NCBI GenBank assembly: GCA_040081625.1
Contig: JBEBGD010000026.1
Span: forward strand, 1 to 56,733
DNA: 56,733 nucleotides
Origin: Chthoniobacteraceae bacterium
GTDB lineage: Bacteria > Verrucomicrobiota > Verrucomicrobiia > Chthoniobacterales > Chthoniobacteraceae
Direction of reading: 5' to 3'
Below the pieces are notes generated by a model that saw nothing but the letters and a program-made list of their open reading frames with translations, ran no database searches and had not been told where the DNA came from. Position numbers and translations under genes: made by a program. Positions 45,312-53,794 of this stretch are shown here, in pieces (within the stretch, counting starts at the first letter, position 1; every line of letters begins with the position of its first letter).

Positions 45312-48298
45312 TTTTTCGACTCGAACTTGATCCACATCGGGCTCGCCCACACGAGCTCGCCGTCGGCCTGCTCGCCGCGGACGTAGTAGTAGCTCGTCTG
45401 GCCGGCGGTCGGCTGCGGATCGGTCCACTCCACGTCGCACTTCGCCTTGTTCGGCGTCGCCGTGAAGATTTCCACGTCGTCCTTCACGAAGACGACCTTC
45501 GCGAACGGCGCGGTGCCTTCGAGATGGATGCGGAACTTCGGCGCCTCGCTCGTGGTGAACTCGTCGCCCATCATGTGCGCGCCGCAGCGGAAGTCGGCGA
45601 TGATGTTGTCGGTCGCGCCATAAACGTGCCGCTGTTGCATCGCCGTGAAGATCGCCTCGCGCGACGAGTCCTCCGCATACGCGAGCGCGTAGCTGATGTG
45701 CGTGCTGCCGTGATCGCTGCTCGATTGGAAGGCCATGCGGTAGCCTTTCTTGAACGCGAGATTGATGAAGCCGAGCGGCTCCCATCCGCCGATCGCGTCG
45801 TCCGCGGTCGGGCTGCGCGGCGCGCCGGGGCGCTCGTAGTTCTGCCGCGCGCCCTGGTAGATCTCGACCATCGGCTCGACCTTCGGATCGTGATCGCGCC
45901 AGTCGGTGCCCATGCTCGTGGCGCTCGTGTGCGAGGCGCAGATGCCGTCAAAGAGGTGCAGGTATTTATAGAGCATCTGCGTGTCGGGCGCGGGCTGATG
46001 CACGTTGCGATCGGAGATCGGGAGACGTGGCAGCGTGCGGATGCCGCGACGTGTGAAGATGACGTTGCGATGACCTTCCGGATAACGCACCGAGCGCTCG
46101 TAGCTGTAAACGGGGCTGAAGCTGCCGGGCAGCAGGAATGCGTCGGTCGTCTTTTGCGTGAGCCACCACGGGTATTCGCGGCCGGCGCCGTTGTCGTGAT
46201 CGCCGTTGCCAAACCAGTCCATCGCCGCCACGTCGATTGCGTAGCGCCACATGTCCTCGAGCGGCCCATCGCCGGCGCCGTCGCCGCTGATCTCGGTGTG
46301 ACGGTGAAACTCGCCGCGCTGGATGCGCAGTTCCTTGCCGCCGACCGTCGCGCGGTAGGCGCGGATGTTCGCGAGTTCCCCGCGCTCCTTCACCGTCGCG
46401 GGCGAAGGCTGCGCGTCCGCGACGGGCTGCGCTTTCGCTACGGCGAGCTTTGCCGGCTTTGCGTCGGCGGTCGCGCGAAGTCGCGAGACGTAGAGATCGT
46501 TGTCGAACGGATCGTTGCCGGAATCGAGCGCCGCATTCCCGCCGGGTCCGCGGCGGACGATGTGGCGATCCTGCCGGTGATCGCTGCTATGCACGACCGC
46601 GACCGAGCCATCGGGCGCGGCGGCGACGGCCGGCGAGTTGAAGAGCAGGTTGTCGCTGTGCGGGACGAAGATCGGGCCGACCCACGCGTCGCCATCGGCA
46701 TACGCAGCCCAATTCAGCCACAGCGAGCCGAGCGGCGTGCGACCGAAGTCATCCCTCCGCGCGCGGGCAAAGATCCACACGCGCCCCGCGCTGTCGCACG
46801 TGATGAGGGCGAGATTGTTGCGGGTCAAGTTGCGCGAGGCTTCGGCTTCCTGTCCGGCCTGGCGTTCGGCGGAGCCACCGCGCGCACCCGGCGCACGTCC
46901 ACGCACACCGCCCGGCAACGCCTTCGCGAAATCGCCCGCGGGCTCCATCCACTGCCCGCCCTTCAGCACCGCGACACCGATCTGCCGGTCGCGATACAAA
47001 CCGATGCCGGCTTCGCGCTCGTAAGCACCCCAGTCCTTGCCCCACGTCGCGCCGCTCTTTTCCCACGCGACCCACAGCGCGCCGTCCTTGTCGTAAGTCA
47101 ACGCGGGGCGCGCCTCGTAGTCGGGCGTGTTCGCGACGGGCCGCGCCGCGTCCGGCGTCTCCGCGGAAAATTCGCGCACCCACACGTCGTAATCGCCCTT
47201 GTCGTAGGTGTCCCACGCGACGGCGACTTTGCCGTTGGTCGCCGTGATCGCGGGCGCCCAGCAGTTGCCTTTTTGCGTGCTCACCTCGCGCGGCTTGCTC
47301 CAGCCGTCCTTCGTCTGGTGGCGCTCGAAGATGCGGAAGACATTGTCGCGCACCCCCTGCCATGCGATCCAGACGCGGCCGGTGCTGTCCGTCGCCGCGA
47401 CCGGCCAGATGTCGCTTCCGGGCGAATCCGTGAGCTTCTCCACATCGCCGAGCTTCTTCGTCTTCGGTTCGAATGAACGCGTGAAGATGTCGAAGTTCGG
47501 CGCGGGGTTGTTCGGGAAGGGCTTGTAGTGCTGGTTCTCCGACCACACGACCCACACGCGTCCCCCGCCATCGAGCGCGACGGCGCTCCGATATATGTCG
47601 CGGCCCTCCGACGTGATCGCGATCGGCTCGCCGCCGCTCGCACGCAGCATGAGTTGGTCGCCGCCTGGCGCGGTCGCGAGGGACTTCATCTCAGCCGGCT
47701 CCTTGTCCCAGCTCTTCGCGCGTTCGCCGCGATCGATGCCCGGCGTGTAGCTCTGCCACACGGCCCACACCGTTCCATCCGGCGCGATCGCGGCGGCAGG
47801 GTAATCGTCGTCCGTCTTCGCCTCCATCGTCAGCACCCGCGAGGCGGCGGTGCGTTCGAGTTCCACCTCGCCGTCGAGCTTCCGCACCGGCTTCCCATGC
47901 GGCACCTCGGAGAAGGCGAACGCGATCTCGCCCTGCGCGGTCTTGACCGTCACGCGCGAGTCTTCACTCACGCCGGAGAAGGAGATGAGCACGCCGTTGT
48001 CGCCGATCTGCACCGTGGTCGCCACGCGCGCCTGCTGCTTCTGCGGGTTGTTCGAGCGGCGCTTGTTGTCGGCCACCTGCGGGCGGGTGCGGCACGTCCA
48101 GCCGGTCACGCTGTCCGCTTTATCCTGCTGCGCAAATCGCCAGCCGCTGATGAGCGTGACGCTGCCCGGCGCGACGGCGACGGTGCCGGACCAGTCCGTG
48201 GCTTCCTTGTCTTTGATGCCAAAACGCAGCTTGATGCCGATGTCGTCGGCGAGCGCGGTAGTCGTGAGGAGGAGCGCGAGGGCGAGGCTAGTTTTCAT
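45308..48298 (-). CDS. Large secreted beta-propeller + PHP-like (DUF3604-type) metallohydrolase
   Basis: Signal peptide; repeated WVxW propeller blades; GEFHRHTEISGDG, DHD, GHRN, SSDH, SYYYVRGEQADGELVWASPMW. Confidence 0.8.
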   Translation of the reverse strand: MKTSLALALLLTTTALADDIGIKLRFGIKDKEATDWSGTVAVAPGSVTLISGWRFAQQDKADSVTGWTCRTRPQVADNKRRSNNPQKQQARVATTVQIGDNGVLISFSGVSEDSRVTVKTAQGEIAFAFSEVPHGKPVRKLDGEVELERTAASRVLTMEAKTDDDYPAAAIAPDGTVWAVWQSYTPGIDRGERAKSWDKEPAEMKSLATAPGGDQLMLRASGGEPIAITSEGRDIYRSAVALDGGGRVWVVWSENQHYKPFPNNPAPNFDIFTRSFEPKTKKLGDVEKLTDSPGSDIWPVAATDSTGRVWIAWQGVRDNVFRIFERHQTKDGWSKPREVSTQKGNCWAPAITATNGKVAVAWDTYDKGDYDVWVREFSAETPDAARPVANTPDYEARPALTYDKDGALWVAWEKSGATWGKDWGAYEREAGIGLYRDRQIGVAVLKGGQWMEPAGDFAKALPGGVRGRAPGARGGSAERQAGQEAEASRNLTRNNLALITCDSAGRVWIFARARRDDFGRTPLGSLWLNWAAYADGDAWVGPIFVPHSDNLLFNSPAVAAAPDGSVAVVHSSDHRQDRHIVRRGPGGNAALDSGNDPFDNDLYVSRLRATADAKPAKLAVAKAQPVADAQPSPATVKERGELANIRAYRATVGGKELRIQRGEFHRHTEISGDGAGDGPLEDMWRYAIDVAAMDWFGNGDHDNGAGREYPWWLTQKTTDAFLLPGSFSPVYSYERSVRYPEGHRNVIFTRRGIRTLPRLPISDRNVHQPAPDTQMLYKYLHLFDGICASHTSATSMGTDWRDHDPKVEPMVEIYQGARQNYERPGAPRSPTADDAIGGWEPLGFINLAFKKGYRMAFQSSSDHGSTHISYALAYAEDSSREAIFTAMQQRHVYGATDNIIADFRCGAHMMGDEFTTSEAPKFRIHLEGTAPFAKVVFVKDDVEIFTATPNKAKCDVEWTDPQPTAGQTSYYYVRGEQADGELVWASPMWIKFESKK

Positions 48299-48388
48299 AG
48301 CGGGAGTGGGTTGTCGGCGTAGCGCCAAAGCGCCCCCTGCGTCCATCCCCGGCTCTTACCCGATTCGGTGGGGCACACACTCACTCCC

Positions 48389-50527
48389 ATGAAACACACC
48401 GCCCTCCTCCTCATCTTCGCCACGAGCAGCATCGCCGCGCCGCTGCCTGGCACGCAGCCGCTCACCACGGAAGGCGATCTCTCCGCGCAAATGGTCGCCG
48501 GGATCAGTCGCTGGCTCGATCGCGAAACCGGGAGCGCAGCCGCAGCGCGACCCGCGCGATGGAAAGCGCTCGATGCCGCCGCGCAGCGCAAGCTCGTGCG
48601 CGAGCGGCTCGGGATGCTCGATGCGACCGCGGCGGGCGCGCTCGAGACTTTCGCGCCGCTCGGTGCCGCGGCGAATGCCCACGCGATCCATGTGCGCTGG
48701 CCGGTCGTCGACGATGTGCATGGCGAAGGCGTGCTGCTCCGTCCGCAAGGAGCGTCGAAGGCGACGGTGATCGCCGTGCCGGATGCGGATCAGGTGCCCG
48801 AGTCGTGGAGCGTCGCGTGGCGGCTGCGGGATCAAGGCTTCACCGTGCTCGTGCCCGCGCTCGTGGATCGGCGCGACAAATTCTCCGGCAACGCGCTGCT
48901 CAATCGCTGGGCGAACCAGCCGCATCGTGAGTGGATCTACCGGCAGGCGTTTGAAGCCGGGCGCACGCTCACCGGCTACGAAGTGCAGAGCGTCCTGCGC
49001 GCGCTCGATGCGCTTGGCGCGGAGAAGGCGGCGATCGTCGGCTACGGCGAAGGCGCGCTCATCGCGCTGCACGCAGCGGCGCTCGATCAGCGCTTCGCGG
49101 CGGCGGTCGTCGGCGGATACTTCGGCCCGCGCGAGCGGCTGTGGAGCGAGCCGATCTATCGCAACACCTTTGGCACCCTGCGCGACTTCGCCGATGCGGA
49201 ACTCGCCGCGCTCATCGCCCCGCGCGCGCTCATCGTCGAGCAAAGCGCCGCGCCCGTGCCAGCGCCGCTGGAGCGCAAGGGCCGCCCGCCGACGCCGGGC
49301 GAGATCAAGACGCCTGCGCCCGCCGAAGTGCAGGCCGAGGTGAAGCGCGCGGGCGTGCCGATCACGCTCACCGATTCCGCGGACGCTTCGCTGCGCGCGC
49401 TGGTCAAGGCGCTCGGCATCGACAGCGGCGTCAAACCCGCGAGCGCAGTGCCCGTGATCGCCTTCCCGAATGACGAGCGGCAGGAGCGCCTCGTGCGCGG
49501 CTGGGAAAACCACACGCAGCGCCTGCTCCGCGACTCCGACGTAACGCGCAACGCCGCCGACCTGTGGAAGAAGATCAAGGACCGCGCCGCGTGGCCGGAG
49601 GTGCAGAAGACTGCGCGGCGCCACTTCGACGAGCAGGTGATCGGCAAGCTGCCGGTGAATTTTCTCCCGCCAAACGCACGCAGCCGCCCGATCCTCGAGA
49701 AGGAAAAGTGGACCGGCTACGATGTGATGCTCGACGTGCATCCCGATGTCTTCGCGTGGGGCGTCCTGCTCGTGCCGAAGGATCTCAAGCCCGGCGAGCG
49801 CCGGCCCGTCGTCGTCACGCAGCATGGACTGGAGGGACTGCCGATGGACACGATCACCGACGACAAGACGCAGCGCGCGTGGGCCGCCTACAAAGCCTTC
49901 TCCGCGCAACTCGCCGATCGCGGCTTCATCGTCTTCGCGCCGCACAATCCGTATCGCGGGCAGGACGCCTTTCGCGTGCTCCAGCGCAAGGCGCAGCCGC
50001 TCGGCCTCACGCTCTTCTCATTCATCAACGCGCAGCACGAAGTCATCACGCGCTGGCTCGCCGCGCAGCCGTTCGTCGATCCGGAGCGCATCGGTTTCTA
50101 CGGCCTGAGCTATGGCGGCAAGACGGCGATGCGCACGCCTGCGGTCGTCGATCGCTACTGCCTGTCGGTCTGCTCCGGCGACTTCAACGAATGGGTGCTC
50201 AAGAACGGCTCGGTCACGTATCCGTCGAGCTACATGTTCACGGGCGAATACGAGATCTTCGAGTGGGACCTCGCGCACACCTTCAACTACGCGGAGATGG
50301 CGCTGCTCATCGCGCCGCGTCCGTTCATGGTCGAGCGCGGGCACGACGACGGCGTCGCGACGAGCGAATGGGTCGGCTACGAGATGGGCAAGGTGCTGCG
50401 CGGCTACTCGAAGCTCGGCATCCCCGAGCGCGCGACGATCGAGTGGTTCGACGGACCGCACACGATCAACGGCATCGGCTCTTTCAAATTCCTCCACGAG
50501 CATTTGAAATGGCCGGAACCACGATGA
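48389..50527 (+). CDS. Secreted tandem alpha/beta hydrolase (dienelactone-hydrolase-like)
   Basis: Signal peptide; QHGLEG, RIGFYGLSYGG, IAPRPF, HT; first domain has GYGEG. Confidence 0.82.
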   Translation: MKHTALLLIFATSSIAAPLPGTQPLTTEGDLSAQMVAGISRWLDRETGSAAAARPARWKALDAAAQRKLVRERLGMLDATAAGALETFAPLGAAANAHAIHVRWPVVDDVHGEGVLLRPQGASKATVIAVPDADQVPESWSVAWRLRDQGFTVLVPALVDRRDKFSGNALLNRWANQPHREWIYRQAFEAGRTLTGYEVQSVLRALDALGAEKAAIVGYGEGALIALHAAALDQRFAAAVVGGYFGPRERLWSEPIYRNTFGTLRDFADAELAALIAPRALIVEQSAAPVPAPLERKGRPPTPGEIKTPAPAEVQAEVKRAGVPITLTDSADASLRALVKALGIDSGVKPASAVPVIAFPNDERQERLVRGWENHTQRLLRDSDVTRNAADLWKKIKDRAAWPEVQKTARRHFDEQVIGKLPVNFLPPNARSRPILEKEKWTGYDVMLDVHPDVFAWGVLLVPKDLKPGERRPVVVTQHGLEGLPMDTITDDKTQRAWAAYKAFSAQLADRGFIVFAPHNPYRGQDAFRVLQRKAQPLGLTLFSFINAQHEVITRWLAAQPFVDPERIGFYGLSYGGKTAMRTPAVVDRYCLSVCSGDFNEWVLKNGSVTYPSSYMFTGEYEIFEWDLAHTFNYAEMALLIAPRPFMVERGHDDGVATSEWVGYEMGKVLRGYSKLGIPERATIEWFDGPHTINGIGSFKFLHEHLKWPEPR

Positions 50528-53445
50528 AACACCTGCTCGCCCTCGCCGCCCTGCTCGCCGCGCCGCTCTCGCACGCGGCTGACCTCTTCGACCGCGAGAA
50601 CCTCGTCGCATGGTGCATCGTGCCCTTCGATGCAAAGAAGCGCGGCCCCGCCGAGCGCGCGGCGATGATGGAGAAGCTCGGCATCAAGCGCTTCGCCTAC
50701 GACTACCGCGCCGAGCACGTGCCGACGTGGGACGCGGAACTCGACGCGCTCAAGCTTCGCGGCATCGAGCTGACGGCGTGGTGGTTTCCCGGCGCGCTCA
50801 ACGACGACGCGAAGAATGCGCTCGCGCTCTTTCAGCGTCATGGCGTGAAGCCGCAGCTCTGGATCAGCGGAGGCGGCGCGGCGGTGAAGGACGCCGCCGA
50901 GCAGCAGGAACGCGTGGCAAAGGAAGCCGATCGCATCCGACCGATCGCGGAAGCGGCGGCGGCACAGGGCTTGAAGGTCGCGCTCTACAATCACGGCGGA
51001 TGGTTCGGCGAACCGGAGAACCAGATCGCGATCATCGGGAAACTCGGCCTGCCGAATGTCGGGATCGTTTACAACCTCCACCACGGCCACGAGCACCTCG
51101 ACCGCTTCCCCGCGCTGCTCGCCGCGATGAAGCCGCACCTGCTCGCGCTGAACCTCAACGGCATGACGCGCGGCGCGGACAAGGCGGGGCGAAAGATCAT
51201 GGTGCTCGGCGAGGGCGAGGAAGACCTGCGCCTGCTGCGCGCGATCCGCGACAGCGGCTGGCGCGGGCCGGTCGGAATCCTGAATCACACCGGCGAGGAC
51301 GCGGAGACGCGGCTGAAGGCGAATCTCGACGGGCTGGAGAAGTTGAAGGCGAAGCCGAGCGGGTCGGCGGATGCCGATGTGCACATCATCCCGGCGGCGA
51401 AGCCGGGGGAACTCACCCGTGCGAACGGCTGGCCGAAGCCCGACGACTTCCGCAAGTGGGATCGGTCGCTCGGCGGGCCAACCTCGAATCGATTCTCCGC
51501 GCTCACGCAGATCAATAGGCAGAACGTCGCGAAGCTCGAAGTGGCGTGGACTTATCGCTCCGGCGAAAAGGGGAACGTCCAGTGCAACCCGATCATCGTC
51601 GATGGTGTGATGTTCGCGCCGACCGCGGGCGGGCAACTCGTCGCCGTCGATGCAGGGACCGGCCGGGAGCTGTGGCGCCATCTTCCGCAGCCGAAGGGCA
51701 AACGGCTCGAGGATGCAGTCGCGCGGCGCGGCCTGCTCTACTGGCCGGGCGACGAGCAACACAGTCCGCGAATCATCTTCGGCGTGGGCAACTTGATCTG
51801 TGCGCTCAATCCGAAGACCGGCGAGCCGGTGCGCTCTTTTGGCCGGAGCGGGCGCGTGGAAATCCCGACGGCATCGAGCACGGTCGGCGCCGTGTATCGC
51901 AACGTGCTCGTCGTCGCGGGCTATCACGGCGACGTTTTCGGATACGACGTGCGCGGCGGTTCGCGACTGTGGACCTTCACGACCAAGCCCGCGCCGGGCG
52001 AGCCCGGCGGCGACACGTGGAGCCGCGTCGAGCAGGGCGCGAATTGCTGGGGCGGCATGGCGCTCGATGAATCGCGCGGCATTGCCTACATCGGGCTCGG
52101 CTCGCCGAAGCCGAACTTTTTCGGCATGGGCCATCTCGGCGACAACCTCTTCTCAAACTGCGTCGTCGCGCTCGACGCGCTCACGGGAAAGCGGCTCTGG
52201 CACTTCCAGGAGATCCGCCACGACGTGTGGGACTGGGACATTCCCGCGCCGCCGAACCTCGTCACCGTCGAGCGGCACGGCGTGAAGGTGGATGCGGTCG
52301 CGCAGGTCACCAAGCTCGGCAACACGCTGCTGCTCGATCGCGTGACGGGACAGCCGCTCTTCGATTTCCCGCTGCGCCGCGTCGCCACGCGCGTGCTGCC
52401 CGGCGACGTGCCCGCGCCGTTCCAGCCCTTCGTCGAGTTGCCACAGCCCTTCGCGCGGCAGGCGTTCACGATGGCCGACGTGACGCAGCGCACACCCGAA
52501 GCGACCGCGGCGGCGATGCTCGTCGCGCAGCGCGCGAACCTCGGCCCTTATCCCTCGATCGAGGAGGCGAAGCCGACGCTCATGTTCAACATCCACGGCG
52601 GCGCGGAGTGGACCGGTGCCGCCGCCGATCCGCGCGGGCGGCTCTACGTCACCTCGAATGAAATCCCGTGGTTCATCACCTGTTTCCGCGACGACGATCC
52701 CGAGCCCGCGAAGCCGATGACCGCCGGCGAGCAGGTATATCAGACGATCTGCCACGCCTGTCACGGCGCGGATCGCAAAGGCATCGGCCACTCGCCGCCG
52801 CTGCGGGGGCTGCGCCATCGGCTGACGGACGACGAGATTCGCGCGCAGCTCCGGAACGGCAAAGGCTCGATGCCGCCCATGCCGCAGATCACCGAGGCGC
52901 AGATGGGGCCGCTGCTCGATTTCCTCATGTGCCGCGATCGGCCGGACGCGCAAGGAGGGGCGCCGTCCCGGCGCCCCGGCGGCGAGACGCCGCCGCTCCT
53001 TGATCATCCGAAATGGACCTTTGGCGGATGGAACCGGCTCGTCGATCCCGAGGGTTATCCCGGCTGCACGCCGCCGTGGGGCACGCTCAATTGCATCGAC
53101 CTCAACACCGGGCGCATCGTGTGGAAAGTGCCGCTCGGCGAATATGCCGAGCTCACGGCGAAGGGAGTGGCGAAGACCGGCCAGGAGAATTTCGGCGGAG
53201 CGATGGTGACCGCCGGCGGCCTCGTCTTCGCCAGCGGCACACGCGACGGAAAGATCCGCGCCTTCGATGCCGACACCGGCGCCGAGCTGTGGAGTCACCA
53301 ACTCCCGCTGCACGGCACCGCGCCGCCCGCGAGCTACGAGGTGAACGGGAGACAGTTCGTCGTGCTGCCCGTCACCGGTGGAGGGAAGCTCGGAGGGGAG
53401 AGCGGCGACCTGTGGATGGCGTTCGCGCTGCCGGAGAGAAAGTAG
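50524..53445 (+). CDS. Fusion: sugar-phosphate isomerase-like TIM barrel + PQQ glucose-dehydrogenase-like propeller with inserted cytochrome c
   Basis: YNHGGWFGEPEN, YNLHHGH; LTQINRQNVAKLEVAW, GANCWGG, HDVWDWD, GGAEW, CHACH, PPWGTL, AGGLVF. Confidence 0.87.
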   Translation: MKHLLALAALLAAPLSHAADLFDRENLVAWCIVPFDAKKRGPAERAAMMEKLGIKRFAYDYRAEHVPTWDAELDALKLRGIELTAWWFPGALNDDAKNALALFQRHGVKPQLWISGGGAAVKDAAEQQERVAKEADRIRPIAEAAAAQGLKVALYNHGGWFGEPENQIAIIGKLGLPNVGIVYNLHHGHEHLDRFPALLAAMKPHLLALNLNGMTRGADKAGRKIMVLGEGEEDLRLLRAIRDSGWRGPVGILNHTGEDAETRLKANLDGLEKLKAKPSGSADADVHIIPAAKPGELTRANGWPKPDDFRKWDRSLGGPTSNRFSALTQINRQNVAKLEVAWTYRSGEKGNVQCNPIIVDGVMFAPTAGGQLVAVDAGTGRELWRHLPQPKGKRLEDAVARRGLLYWPGDEQHSPRIIFGVGNLICALNPKTGEPVRSFGRSGRVEIPTASSTVGAVYRNVLVVAGYHGDVFGYDVRGGSRLWTFTTKPAPGEPGGDTWSRVEQGANCWGGMALDESRGIAYIGLGSPKPNFFGMGHLGDNLFSNCVVALDALTGKRLWHFQEIRHDVWDWDIPAPPNLVTVERHGVKVDAVAQVTKLGNTLLLDRVTGQPLFDFPLRRVATRVLPGDVPAPFQPFVELPQPFARQAFTMADVTQRTPEATAAAMLVAQRANLGPYPSIEEAKPTLMFNIHGGAEWTGAAADPRGRLYVTSNEIPWFITCFRDDDPEPAKPMTAGEQVYQTICHACHGADRKGIGHSPPLRGLRHRLTDDEIRAQLRNGKGSMPPMPQITEAQMGPLLDFLMCRDRPDAQGGAPSRRPGGETPPLLDHPKWTFGGWNRLVDPEGYPGCTPPWGTLNCIDLNTGRIVWKVPLGEYAELTAKGVAKTGQENFGGAMVTAGGLVFASGTRDGKIRAFDADTGAELWSHQLPLHGTAPPASYEVNGRQFVVLPVTGGGKLGGESGDLWMAFALPERK
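52951..53002. repeat. In-frame REP-like double-hairpin element (CAAGGAG...CTCCTTG)
   Basis: 7-bp terminal IR; hairpins GGGGCGCCG/CGGCGCCCC and CGGCGGCG/CGCCGCCG. Confidence 0.72.
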
Positions 53446-53491
53446 GCGCCCCGACGGGAGAGCTCGCGCCGCGCAAGGCGCGGATCGCCGC

Positions 53492-53575
53492 TTTCTGAGG
53501 TCAGGCTTCCACTTCCGAAGGTCCGCGCTGCGCTTCCGAGGGTCCGGTTTCCATTTCCGTGGGTCCGGAAATGAA
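53492..53575. repeat. Degenerate 21-bp tandem repeat, about 4 copies (TTCCGNNGGTCCG core)
   Basis: TTCCG at 53513, 53534 and 53555; a degenerate copy near 53492. Confidence 0.6.
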
Positions 53576-53794
53576 AAGGGAAGTCCCGGTTTTCCCTTCT
53601 GGCCAACAGAAGCCCGCTTCCGGTCGGTTAAGACTCCTAAAGACGGGCATGTCTCATTTTAGCCATCCGGCACGTGGCGGAGGCGTGTTCAACCCGCGAA
53701 CGACCGTCGAACCCGGAAATCGGGAGCGAAACACCGCGCGATCCGGCAAACTGAAGTTGCCAAATCGGAGCGCGCGGGAACAGGCTGTGAACCT

